In this document: positions 39,601 to 52,300 of the stretch, one piece after another
Position numbering within the stretch: the first letter of the stretch is position 1
Layout of the letters: each line of letters starts with the position of its first letter
Assembly (NCBI GenBank): GCA_907165135.1
Contig: OU015567.1
Span: 11,160,001 to 11,224,000, forward strand
From: Oikopleura dioica
Taxonomy: Eukaryota > Animalia > Chordata
Direction of reading: 5' to 3'
Length of the DNA stretch: 64,000 nucleotides
The notes under the pieces: model-generated
Seen by the model: the letters and a program-made list of their open reading frames with translations, nothing else
Databases searched by the model: none
What the model was told of the DNA's origin: nothing
Translations under genes and position numbers: made by a program

Positions 39601-42600
39601 TACTACGTTTTTGATCCATAGGAAGTCAACTGACGATTCTCATGTCTTTGAATAGAGAATCTTATGTATGGAGAAAAAAGTGCGTCATCATGTCAAGATT
39701 AGAAGTTTGCTGTAAGAGAGGTCCTACAGAATTACAGTGATAAAAACAAATTTGTTTTCCGATATTTGTAAATTTACATTTTCCCTTTTAAGTGTTAGTT
39801 TTACGGCTTAAGTTTTCCCTTTTCTATTCATCGGGTGAATCAGAATATATTCTACAGTTTGATAAACCGCGTGTACTTACTCGTAAAGGTCCTTGGTATC
39901 CGCGCCGCCAAGGTAGTTGACAACATGATGGACAAGTGAGTGTTTGTGGACGGTATCTTTCACCTCGGGTGCACGTTGTAGGTAGTCAAGACTAAATCCT
40001 TTTGCATTCGCGTTGTTAAGGTGATTGCCTATCTTCAGCAAGCAAGCCAACACCTTCACAAGTGTTTTACATTTCTTGATTTGCTGAAGCGCCTCTCGAA
40101 GGTCAGATAGCTTTTTAATCGGATACAAATTGTATGTTTGCCAACGATAGTAAATCATCATGCTTCCTGCAAGTTTTGCATCCATTCCTGATTTGCGAGT
40201 TCTCGCTCTTTTTCTGGAAAGTCCAGCCGGAAGCTCCAGATTTTCAATCTCGCTTCGAGCTCCGGAATTGAATGAATGGTAGAAAGAAATTGTTCGGCTG
40301 AGGCGAGGGGCAATCCAGGACGCTTTTGCTGCTCATCTTGGATCATGGCGATCTCTTCTTCCGTGGGCAAGAGTTTTAAAATCTTCTCGATACTTTCTTT
40401 TGGAAGGGCGTCGGAGTTCATGTGCAGGATCGCACTTTTGATCGTGCGAATGTTTGGTAGCGTTTTCATTGAAATATTAATAGCATTTGAGCGCTTTTGG
40501 TCAAGGACAGTGATTTCGTTTTGCTTTAGGCCTAGAAAATTTTAAGAAATGAATTAAATGAAGATGAATTACTTTGACCAGGAGTTCTTTCTTTGCCCTT
40601 GGAAGCATCCTTGAGGGCAAATATGCTGTCGAGCTCGGAAGAAAAGTTCGCAGGAGCTTCAAATTCGTCATTAATCGCACCCCAAATGGTTTCTGCACCA
40701 GGTTTACGAATTTCTGTCCAGAAGAGTTTCACAGTTCGATTTGATTTTTTCTGAGGTTTTGCTGGGTGAGAGGAAAAACCGCCAGATGGAGGTGGAGGGG
40801 GACCCATCCCACCTGGTGGAGGTGGACCAGGTGGAGCTCCTGGAGGACCACCGAATGGAGGTGGTGGCGGCGCCATACCAGGCGCTGGGGGTGGACCACC
40901 AGGGATACCTCCTGGAGGAGGTGGCGGAGGAGGAGGGCCACCAGGACCGCCCATACCTGGCATTGCAACGGGCTGGCGAGGAGGGAAACTTGGAGCACCA
41001 AAAGGCGGAACTTTAGGCCCATCTTCTTCGGGTTCTGACTCTACATCGTCAAAATCAACATCGCCAACGTAAAGTTTCAAATTTTTTCGGATGAGGCTGT
41101 CTTTGATTTCGTCCCAAAAGCAAGTGAATCCATCTTTCTTCTTTGGCGGCGCAACAGGCTCAGGTTCGGGCTCATCTTCTTCATCTGATTCTTCAGCTTC
41201 TTGAGATGGTCTCTGGCCAAGTCCCTGGAGATTTTCGAGGCGATCTCTGATGGAGAGCTTGCTCAATTCTTGTGCCTCTTCAGAGTCTTGAAAGTTTTTA
41301 CTCTCGGGCTCAGGTTCCTCTTCAGGCATCTCATGTTTTCCATTTACCGTTCCATTTTCTACGGATTCGCCAAGGAACTGCTTTTGTTCTTCCGGGGTTG
41401 GTGGTTCTGGAAATTCCGTGGACTCAGAATTGTCATTTTCGTAGTCTTCAATGTCGTCCACAGAAGGCATTGGGGCGTCTGCATCGGTTGGTTGCTTCTG
41501 AGCGACCAGTCCAAATGTGCGTAGCTGCTTTGGTGCGTTGTCTTCTCTTGACCAAGTGGGCTCTGGTACTTGTTGATTGTTCTCGCTATTGTTGTTTTGG
41601 TCTTCACAGCTTTTAGGTGGGGTTTCATCCTTGGGGATTGATTTTGGTGTAATGTCGGGGATGCCCGATACATTGAGCAAGTCGTCGATCATGGTGACAT
41701 CGAAGTCGGGCTGGAGGTGTGCTGGGACTGGAGCAGGATTAGCAGGACTCTGACGGAAGCGGCGTTGTCGGACATTCGTCGGCGTCCCAGGCTGGGCGGG
41801 GGAAACTTCTTTACGCGCAGCAGGAGAGTGCTGGAGATCGCGCGGAGATGAGGGGTAATCGTCGGGGGCAGAGTCCGACGGGCACGAGCTCGGTAAAGAG
41901 CTTGAACTAGCCGCGGTGAATCGGGCTGATGCTTGAGCTTGACGTAGGGCGAGACGTTGCTGGAGTGGCGTTAGTTCAGGCACATCTTCTTGGACAGATT
42001 TTGGTATCCTGAATGACAACATTAGCAACTTTGTTAAAAATATTCTTCGAGATTCTAGGAGATCTTTAGTGAGATTTTACGTCAGTGATTAACAAAACGG
42101 AAACATATAGATAATTAAGAATTTTGACGTCATTACTCATTCCACGTATGAAACGTAAGTTAGGTTGTGTTCGCCGCCGTAATCGTAATCATTTTTTTCA
42201 GATCGTGACATCATCAGTGACTTCACACGGGAGCGGCATTCTTTTCGATTCCTAACCCTTCCTAAGACTGCGCCACCGCTGAGCGCCACTCGGTCATAAT
42301 TTAATTGGCTCTTTCGTCGGACGAGTATAAAAAGAGAGAACTTGACGATTTCCTTATCACTTATCAAACCGAGTAAAAAAAAAAACTCAAAACTTTTTCA
42401 ACTCAAAAATGACCGACTACGAAAGATACACTGTCTACGGAATCATCGACGACGAGCAAGAGTTGAACTCGCAAATCGATGAATACGGACATCCAGATGA
42501 TATGTAGCTCAACAATGTTACTACAACATGCTCGGACTATCAGCGGAAGAGCTACAAACTAGTTTAAATATGCTTTTGGTGCCCTTGTCGAAGCTGCAAG

Positions 42601-45600
42601 AAAATTGCAACACGAATTTTTTATTTATGACAACCAGTTTTGATCGTTGCTGCCCAACAAATCAGTCCAGCTTTCATGTTTGATATCCTATGGTGGCGCA
42701 GAGCGAACGGCGCGAGTCAACAGTTGGAATTCCATGAGGGAAAAGACACCAATATAAGTGCCCGCCGAACACCAACTCAACCAGTCAAACGAAAAAGAGG
42801 ACAAAAAAAAATAAAAAAATACGAAATCCAAATTTGGATACCTGACAACTCAACCGACTCTAGATCAAACGAAAAAAGAATAAAAAAAATGATGCCCTAC
42901 AAAGAACTAAACGAGAAACAGATCGACAAAGAGATCAAAAAATACGGCGTCAACCGAGACCTGTGAAACCAAGAGCATATTCAACTACTTTGTTTATACC
43001 AATTTGTAATTTTTATTTTACTGCGTAAAGCGTACTACTAAACCCATTAATTGAAGCCATATGACGAGTGCTTTGATGAACATACTTTTGTCAAAACAAC
43101 TTCGAGGCGATGTTTATCTGTGATTCATTCCTCTGATTTTTAAACTGCATGTTTAAACATTCCTCCCACACCATTTTCTATTTAGCTGCCTACATCCTTT
43201 TTTAAATAAAATTCAATCTTATCATAAAACACCATTGTTGCTTCTTGTGTTACCATGCAATAATTCAATCATTACAAGTGGGCTTCCACAGCCAGGAAGC
43301 ATTAAGTTTACAACAAGAGCAAATAATTACTAACGCCCTTCATTGCTAATAATTCCCAGTTTACTGCGACGTAGAAAACGTAAGGTGATCAATCTCTCCA
43401 ATCATAGCACCCGCGGTTTAGTCGCAGCTAATTCATTTTCACACTAATTTTAATTCTTTTTTGATTCTGAGAGAAAATTTCTATGAATACGGATGATGGA
43501 GGAGCTTTTGAGAATATGTAAAACTGCCATACCTTGACCCATCGCAAAATTCAAGGGAAGTTGTTGACAGGTTATCAATGTTCTCTCCATTGTCGTTCAT
43601 AATAGAAGCGAATAAAGGAACTTCTTGGATAACGAAGTTTCTTATCTTTTGAGTGATTGAATATATAGTTCCTAATGAACAAAGATACCAAAAAAGGGAA
43701 AAGAATTAAATCTAGAGGAGATGAAGATATGGAAAGATTTGAACTCGGAGATCCTTAGAAAAATTGAGTCCAGATTCTTGGCTGTTAGGCAAATTTGAAG
43801 TTGCTAACTTAGAGCTACAGTAGCCATTGTATTGAAGGGAAAATTACTAAGTTGATCTTTATTTATTGTTAATATAAAAACTCTTCTATGATTTCTAACA
43901 CGAATCAGCTTGATCCAAGCCCGTAAGACCTCTGAGTTGATTTTCCCTTTATGAAAGATGCGTCGAGAATCTTAGTATTGCTGAACTACGATAAGTTTTC
44001 AGTAAGTTTACGGCGGAAATTTCCCGCTACTGAAACCATGGAAGAACCCCGCGCGCCGCGATCCTCGAGCGCCCTCGTAAATTTTTATCAAAAATAATTT
44101 ACGCGTTTTTACAAATTCGCACATCACAGAGAAATCAAAGTCTCCGTAAACGATTTCGGGTAACTTTGTCATTTAGAATTATACGGCACCAATAAATATA
44201 AAAAATAACTTATAGATAATAATTTAAACTCAAATTAAAATGAGAAATTTTGAACTTATTTGCCGACTGAAAAAACGGAAACTTTCATCATTTTCCTTAC
44301 TATTCAGTGGGCTAATATTTGGCGCAGTAAAAAATGCCTCACAAATTCCACCTTCAAAGAATTCAACCCGCGCCAAAACGAATCACACATGCAAACAATG
44401 ATAGTGCTCTGAATTTTCTCAGACGGGGCTGCATGACTGTAACACTGTAATAAAACACGGTGAATAAAACATGCAGGACCACAAATGAGTAAAAGAGAAA
44501 CCGAACGTGGTTGATTTGACACCACCTCAAATTTACTCGTCAATTATTTGCCCAGCCTGCTTATGTACTTTCAAACATCAGTCTGAATTTTCGAAAAATT
44601 CTTATTTTCCGATTTAGATTCACATGACGCACAATGATCAGAATTTCAAATAGGCGTTGGAATTCTACTCCGTAACAACTTAATAAAAACAATCAAGGAA
44701 GACCTTCTTGTTAGATAAATAAGAAAGAAAAAGAAGATATATGGCCATTTTTCAGAGGCATTATTGATGTTGCTCGTAAACTTGAGCAACTTTGAAAGGA
44801 GCTCTAATTGTGTTATTTATGATCCGAGGGCGAGACATTATTATTCTGTGATAGATCTCTCAAAGCTTTCGCGAAAAATGCATTCCAATATTTTGTATCT
44901 ATCGAAAAATGCATGATTATTTCTCTACCTGACGAAAGACGCAACATTCTGAGGTTTTAAATTCGATTTTCTCGTCCGCGTCCTCACACGCCTTCTGATC
45001 TGGTCTGATTTACTGGGTCTCTCTGACTGCAAGAGCATCTGTATCTCTCCCATCTTGCAAAGAAAATAACGATATTTACAAAAATTTAGAAGGGAAAAAC
45101 ATATGTTGATCTTTTTTATTTTGTATATGAGTGCGTGACGAGTCCGTGGGGGATCCGCGATGCGGGCGCTCGCGGGCCGTAACAATCGCGGATCCATCGG
45201 CGGAAGACAAGCCAGGAAAGATTATGATACACATTGAGGGATCACCGCTTTAATCCTTGGACAAATCTATCGGAAGTGGAACTAACATAAATTGACGCCA
45301 CTTGTGAATTTGTCTAATTGACGTTACTCTTTTTACCGCACTCATGGACGTCTATTTTCAAATTTCTTTCGAGAAATCATATTTTTTTGGTTCTGAAAAG
45401 ACAGATTTTTTAGTAAAAGGACTCTTCAAAACCTTCAGTAAAGTTGAACTTTAACGTTTCGTTTCTTCGACTGAGCAAACCTTTGATAGTAATATTTGAA
45501 ATTTAAAACTATTCAAATTCAAAAGACCAAAAAATATTTTCGAACGATTCCCATGCCCATATGTTTAGCGCTATTTGCATTTGGGTATTGTCTACCTTTA

Positions 45601-46540
45601 TAAAGCTTCTTGGATAAAGAGAATTGTAGGTTGTCTGGGAAAATATCTCGCTGGTGCTTGCCGGATTCGAGCAAATAGGTTACCGTCGGTGAAAAGAGCG
45701 AAAATAGGCGGATAGAGCTCAAACACCGCTGTCACGCTATTGGTAAAGTTTGTAGTTTTAATTTGACGCGGGAAGCGAGGGGAAGCTCACTCTCTGATGA
45801 GAACTACACGAGGAAGCTTTTCAATCAACTCGCAACGTTTGCGGAGCTGGTACAATACTCCTTTGATTTTTCGCCTTTCAAAACCCAGACCCACCGACTC
45901 TACCCTTTCATACTGAACTTGAACAACCACTCGAGTATTTATAACGGCTTATGATCGCTAGAAAATCAAATCAAATAAGAGAAAGTGGAAAGCACTAGCC
46001 TAGGACCACTATTTTTTCATTTAAATTTTTCACTTCTGTTTCGTGCATAAAAAAATGATGATTTAAACTTACTTTACAGATGATGAAGCCTTCTCAGCGA
46101 TGGAAGAGGGAATCTGAAGATTACCGATGGATGCTCGTTTTCTAAAAGAAATTCGACCAGCGTCAGACTTGCGTCGCTCCCTTAGCATCACGGAGACGTC
46201 CTTTTTAGTTTCCTCTTCATCTTTGAGTCGGGTTGAAATGAAAATAATTATTAACTTTTTGACTTTCAGATGACCACGCGGCGATCATATGAGAAATTAA
46301 TATCCGCCGACGGACAAACTCATTTCTGTATGAAAATTCAGCTTCTTTTTTAATACCCGAGTAGAAGTTGCCTTTCACGATGCAAGATACGACTATAATA
46401 ATGATACAATATCCTGGCAGATGTGCTCTTGTTAGACAAGCTAGATAAGCTTTAGCCTTTCATAATCTAAAAGATGTTCAACCCGGCTCCTTCGTTTTGC
46501 AGTGCAATGTCGTATTGGTTGAACTGTTCCAGCAACTCAG
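36623..46540 (-). CDS. FHOD: FHOD-family formin (end of FH3, linker, FH1, FH2, DAD); 5' GBD/FH3 exons not found in the window
   Basis: ELLEQFNQYDIALQNEG (end of FH3, ~46480-46535), poly-Pro FH1 followed by VKLFWTEIR, ITVLDQKRSNAINI, LASAEQFL, IGNHLN..APEVKDTVHKHSLVHHV, SDFALEFKT, and a DAD-like EEMIESLAQ..RERNRTLNKGLSPEE before TGA at 36623-36625. Confidence 0.92.
38070..38907. mobile_element. Non-autonomous TIR element (MITE-like, Kolobok-type termini) in an FHOD intron
   Basis: Perfect 16 bp TIRs GGGTGTCCCCAACGAT / ATCGTTGGGGACACCC, flanked by TTAA on both sides (38066-38069, 38908-38911). No ORF. Internal ~33 bp direct repeat (CTGCATTAATCGAGAC) near 38180 and 38350. Confidence 0.85.
42409..42966 (+). 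pseudogene. Decayed, intronless coding-like sequence nested antisense in an FHOD intron
   Basis: TATAAAAG near 42325 and an ATG in good context at 42409. Coding-like stretches continue across frames with stops and shifts, ending in a Lys-rich 108-aa ORF. Confidence 0.3.
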
Positions 46541-46920
46541 CTGGTGGGGGTCATCTGGATCATCTACTCGCAGAAAATTCAGATAAAATTCAAGCCAATT
46601 TTTGTGCGAAAGGGGTGATTTTTTCATTTAAAAAATATGCCGAGAGAGTGGCAGGATAAAGAATAGTGACCAGGTGCGCTACTTTATTAGCTACAAAACC
46701 GGGAATGTGTTACTATAAGAATAGAGCAAATATAGAATAGAGTGACAAAGCGGTCATACATTTGTCGACAGTGAAACTCTCAATTTTCATCGTTTGAAAA
46801 TATATTTTAAAAAAGATTGGTTTACTGAAGACTAGCTCCGGTAAACAGCTATATTCTACCTACAACCGTGTTAGTGCAATTTTAAAATCATCATCATATT
46901 TTGTGTTGTATGATTTTAGT

Positions 46921-47545
46921 GACTCCGTGCCTTTCGGGCGTATGTAATAGGTTCGATATTCACCTGGTTCGAAGTGTACCTGGTTCGAAGTGTACTCGGT
47001 TCGAAGTGTACTCGGTTCGAAGTGTACCTGGTTCGATATGTACCTGGTTCGAAGTGTACCTGGTTCGAAGTGCAAATTTTCGAAGTACTTCGAACAAATC
47101 CCCTTCGAACCAAGTACACTTCGAACCAAATACACTTTTTTCTAAAAGTGGCTCCGACACAATTAAAACAATTTTCCCAACTTTTTGAGCACATTTCCAA
47201 CAAATTTTCCAACTTTTTCGAACAGATTTCCAACAAATTTTCCAACTTTTTTCGAACAGATTTCCAACAAATTTTTCAACTTCCTCGAACTCATTTCCAA
47301 CAAGAATTCCAACGACAGGGTTCACGCGAAGCGTGCCAATTCCAGCGACAGGGTTCACGCGAAGCGTGCCAATTCCAGCGACAGGGTTCACGCGAAGCGT
47401 GCCAATTTCTCCACTTACAACAGGGTTCACGCGAAGCGTGCCACTTTCTCCAGCCGGCCTGCTCAACTTCCTGCTCCGCCTTCCCTAATTCTAATACCCT
47501 CTATTTGTGCGTCTTAATATATACGCGCGCGGAGCGCGCCCCTCC
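46921..47545. repeat. Composite minisatellite element: 16 bp array with inverted copies, ~31 bp array, 33 bp x4 hairpin array
   Basis: (CC/CT)GGTTCGAAGTGTA-type 16-mers at ~46963-47070, with inverted copies at ~47085-47135. TTCCAACAAATTTTCCAACTTTTTCGAACAGA-type units at ~47170-47305. ATTCCAGCGACAGGGTTCACGCGAAGCGTGCCA x4 at ~47306-47445. GCGCGC-GGA-GCGCGC hairpin near 47524-47538. Confidence 0.9.
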
Positions 47546-47559
47546 CGAACTTTTTCAAC

Positions 47560-47752
47560 AGGTGTATTTTTGGGGAGGGGGTGGGAGGTTGTGGGCGTTT
47601 CCTCAAGGGCTACATTCTCGTGAGACCTGCGGCTTTTTTTGCCCCAATTTTTTATATGTTTGTTATTCGAAGTATAAAAAAAGAGGTGTATTTTTGGGGA
47701 GGGGGTGGGAGGTTGTGGGCGTTTCCTCAAGGGCTACATTCTGGTGAGACCT
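47560..47752. repeat. Direct repeat (~70 bp, period 124) containing a G-quadruplex motif
   Basis: AGGTGTATTTTTGGGAGGGGGTGGGAGGTTGTGGGCGTTTCCTCAAGGGCTACATTCT occurs at 47560 and, nearly identically, at 47684. Confidence 0.85.
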
Positions 47753-48335
47753 ATAGCTTTTTTTTGTAATCGTTTTATATTGTACTCAGCTCGAATATTC
47801 TATCTCAAATTACTTTGGCAGAAGTTAGTTGTGATAAAATAATCGAGCAAAATTTTTTGTGGAAGATGCGATTATTAGTGATAGAGTACTCTTATTCTTG
47901 TATTTTTATGTCGACCTTGCTTTGGCAGAAGCGTTGTCGAAAAATTTTTACTCCTTCGCTAATAAATGCGTTCTTTCGTTTTATACTAAGGTCAAAAATG
48001 GGTGCTCGATTCGATTTAGTTCATAAGTGACGGATATTCTCTAATTTTTGCCTAATTTCGCTTTGGCAGAAGCGTTGAAAGGCATTCTCTAATTTTCCTT
48101 CACTTATGCTCTAGATCTATTGGGCGAAGCTAGTAAAATTGGATTTTTCTCGCTCCTGGTGCACCGGCGCTTGTGCGCTCTCATTGGTCCACGTCGGGTG
48201 AGTCATTCTTTCTATAGAAGTTTTCGTTAAATTTAATGAGAATGCCCTTTTTTCTGCTCTCTTGTGTTAGAAATCTCTTTAACTACCTTCTTATCTTGTT
48301 TTTAACTAAATTTATCTTTTTAAGAGTTTTTGGCG

Positions 48336-49277
48336 ATGGATTTAGAGTCAATTTTAGTCAAATCAAACCGTCTCCTCCAGGAAAAAAAAATTCTTGTATG
48401 CAATCCTTTCTATTTATGATATTGATTTTGTTATAGAGTTTCTGTCAAGCTGCGTCAATCTTGTCCTTGCCAGTCAACGTGGTCAAGCGACTCTTTCAGG
48501 ATAATGTTTCAGCCTTTGGTGGTGAGCCTCTTTATTATCTTTCTGGCGAACGCAATAATGCTATTATTTCTTCTGTCGTCAGTGCTCAAGCGAAAGAATC
48601 TGTCTTGCGTGAACTTTCGTCCGTATATTCGTGTCATGTATGGGGTTTCAAGACCGAGAATTATTGTTCGCATGAGCACGAATTTTTCATGTCTGATATT
48701 CCTTCGTCCATTGGCATAAGGTATAAATTCAACTTTACCATTTCTTTTTTTTTTTTATTCAAGATCGAATGATGTACGAGCGTCAATTGTTCCTCCTATT
48801 TCTTCTTCTACTCGGAAGAATACTAATTCTTGGGACAATCTATTTGATGTTATCGGGCCGAATACGATCTCTGACAAGCCTGTGTGGATTCGTAACAAGA
48901 AGACCAACTGTACATATAGGCGGAGAAAGGTCGCTCGGTCTTTAAATAATCCTCGCGCTGTCACCCCTTCTTCAAACGGTTAGTTTTTTTTTTATCTTTC
49001 TACGAGCGCCTGTCATGCTACATTTACGTTTATTTTAGATGAGGTTGCTGAAAATGCCCTGCATGCTGTTTCTACGAACATTCCGAGTTTCATGAACAAG
49101 CCCGATGATGAAAATCATTTTCAAATGCTGTCTACTTCATCCGATTCAAAGCTCGATCGGCCTGGTCGTTTTTCTCGCTTGTTCTCATCGCTTGACTTGC
49201 AGGTGATTCTCCTTTTTTTTTTGTATATTTTTGTTATTTCTTTATAGGAACCTGATCGCGCCCACAATGCTTCATGA
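48336..49277 (+). CDS. Orphan gene, 5 exons, ~250 aa, unknown function
   Basis: Exons 48336-48380, 48437-~48720, ~48764-48978, ~49040-49202 and 49248-49277 join in frame. The first intron needs a GA donor (CAG|GAAAAA..TAG). The other introns are GT-AG. Confidence 0.65.
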
Positions 49278-49336
49278 TATGAGAGGTAATATTAAGGGAT
49301 TTTTTGTTTATTTCCAGCTTCAATCATTTTTTTACC

Positions 49337-52300
49337 TTACATTTCTTTCTCGTCAAAATATTCTTTGGTAACATGCGTTTTAGGAAGCTCGACTGTCTTA
49401 TTTTCGTACTTGCTTGGATCGTAGTTCCAGTAGGGCGCGAATCTTTTCTTTTCTGCCTTTCCCACTGCTTTTTCTCTATTTGCCTTTCCGCCGCTTCTTC
49501 TATCTTTGATACTGTTGAGCCATCGCTTGTAGTAGCTTTCGTGGAATGTGCACGGTGGCGTTCCTGCAAACAAGTTACGTTTTTATTAATTGTTAGTAAC
49601 TACCTTCATACGGTCCTTCGTTTTCGTCCATTATTATAATTCTTTCGTATTTTAGACAGCACGGGTCTCGTCTCTCTTCAATTTCTGCTTCGGTCGAATC
49701 CTGCGTGTCGACTCGTCTTAAAAATGTTAGGTTGAATATATCGTTATTTTTACCTTAATACCGACGTCTCTGCTGTCTCCTGACGCGCCTGCGTGCAATC
49801 AATTACCGTTTCTAATTTTATTAATAATAAGTATTTTGATTTGTATCTACCTTGCTGGGACGCGATGAAACTTGTTCTTTCTTGTACTTCTGCGTGTTTC
49901 TTTCGTTCGCTTTCAGTTGTTTGCTCTTTCTGGTCTGCTCTTCTGTCTTTTTCAGATTTATCTTCTTTTTCTCTGGTCTCCTTTTCTTTTGCGGCGAATT
50001 CAGCTGCATTTCTTTCTGCGAGGTTGTCTTGGTTTTAATAATTATCATGTTATATAATCTTATTACCAAAGTTCTCATTGCTGAAGCTTCCCGTCGCAAA
50101 ACTCTGCTGGCTTCCTGGGGTCGAATCTTGTGATGCGATGTTATTGTTCCTTCGGTAGATTAAATCTTAATTTTATTGTATGTAAAGCTTGTTTTGTCTG
50201 TATTACCAAATTCCTCATCATCGAATTCATCATCAAATTCGGCCGTGTCATGTTTTACCTCTGCCGGGGCATAGTTGTTTTGGTGATCAGCAATTTTGTG
50301 GTTAACCTTGTAAGGCTGCAAGTTCTCTGGCGAGGACCTTCTTCCACCTGCGATATCTCTGCGGTAAATGCTATAGAAGCGAGGCTCGAATCTAGGTGTA
50401 GCTCGAGTATTTATTACAAGACGACTGATGCGCTAGGCGCCGGACAGTAAGAGCGCGGCCTCAGATAAAGATCTAACGCCTCAGGATTTGCATCCTCACA
50501 TCCCCCTCAGACTTTAGATGAGGTTCTATGTACAGTAACACGTAAAGAAATGTCTTCGTGTGTAGATTCGTTGCTTGAAGAATATCTCTTCGAAATCGAT
50601 TCACTAGTATTTTTGGCCTTTGTTGGAGGCGATATTGAGCTTTGCAGGCTCGAATCGATTTCTCTTTGGACGAGTAGCGGATTCGACGTGTAGTTGAACT
50701 GCGGAAGAGTCGGCTGGGCGCTTACGCGGCGCGCTTGGCACAGTCAGCGGGGCCGTGGGAAAATTCGTCGGAGTTGAATCGGCGGCGGGCGCTGATTGGT
50801 CGACAGCTCCAGCAATGATTGAGAGCTCATTTTCGGCTTCGCTGAAATCCTCAGAGTTCCGAGAATCTTCAAGGGAAGAATTTGCAGAGACAAAAGTCGG
50901 ATCGACTGATCTCATAGTGGCATCTGCTGGGTAGAGAATCTGATGATCAGAAGAGCTCGATGAAGATGAATTTTGCGGTTCGGGTGAGACTTCTGAGTTT
51001 TGTAGCGGTTGTTTCACCGGAGTAATTGATTGATTCTGCAGAGTTTCTGACGCACTTTTCTCACCTTCTGTACTCTTTTCTGTGTTATTTCTAAGCTGTT
51101 CACCTAGAATTTTCGGAGTACCTATTTCAGCTGATTTCGGAGGCGCGTCGGCAGAATTTCGCGTTTTATGACTCTCATCCCCCTCAGACGGGAAATTCGA
51201 AGGTTTTGCTCGATCTTCGACAATACTCGTCAGATGCTGCCAAATGTATAGTTCCTCGTCGCGGTGAATTCGGTCAACTTGGTGTAAATGTTCGGCACGC
51301 TCATCGGCTGGTACCACATGACCACGATAGACCCAGTCACGCCGTTTTCGGCCATCTTCGACCATGCAAACGGACTCGTTTGACTTGATCAGGCGTAGTG
51401 GACCGACGTACTTCAACCCGGTAGTTTTACCTTGTGAATTCAGGTCTCTTTTTAAATACACAAGTTGACCTTCGGTTAAGGTTGATGGAGGTAGCTTTTT
51501 CTCATTGCGGCGATCCGAATCGAGCTCAGCGGCCATGTTTGCGACTTCAACGAGCTTGGAGACGCGCTCGATCCTCTTACGAACGCTGTTCCCATATTCG
51601 CCTGGATTATCGGCGGCTTTATCAATTCTCGCAGTACCGAGCCAACAGTCTCGTGGAATTTGGCCCGTCGCTTTGGATTTGCTGGCGTTCATCGCCCTGA
51701 GAACATAAGGTAAGCACTGTTTCCAATCCATATTTTCCGAATGGCTCATTGAGTACAGCCCATTTTTCAAGCTTCTATGGCTGCGTTCGACAATGCCATT
51801 GGCTTCTGGTCGCCAAGCACAGGTCAAAGTATGGTCGATCTTGTTCGACTTGAAAAATTCATCGAGTAGAGCATTAGTAAAGTGCAATCCACGATCGCTA
51901 TGAACTCGGTTTGGCCAAAAGTCGTACTGAAGGCATACTTGGGTCAGTGCTTGTGCGGCGGAGAAAGCGTTGTCTTTTCGACAAGGCACTGCCCAAAGGA
52001 ATCTGCTGAAAGCACAGATGATAGTGAGTAGATATTTACAACCACTCGCGGGAGTTTTCATCGTGACGTAGTCAATGCAGAGTATATCACCCGGATGTCT
52101 GCCTTTTCGGACCGTACCGGTCGGTGGAGCTTGAGGTCGGCCATGAGCGCCTTTGACTTTTAAGCATGATTTGCACGATCGTACGTAGTTTAAGCAGTCT
52201 GCATCCATGTTTATCCACCAAAGAAGCTTCAAGTGCTCCTTCATTCGCGGCAGTCCACAGTGGCCTTTTAGATCGTGCGCTCTTTTCACGAAAGTAGATC

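Noticed and set aside
47306-47445. 33 bp palindrome-containing repeats that look superficially like a CRISPR array
   Set aside because: The units are head-to-tail with no unique spacers, the context is eukaryotic and there are no cas genes. It is a minisatellite.
46860-47769. Many long ORFs (up to 257 aa) on both strands
   Set aside because: They are by-products of stop-free tandem repeats, and their translations are periodic.
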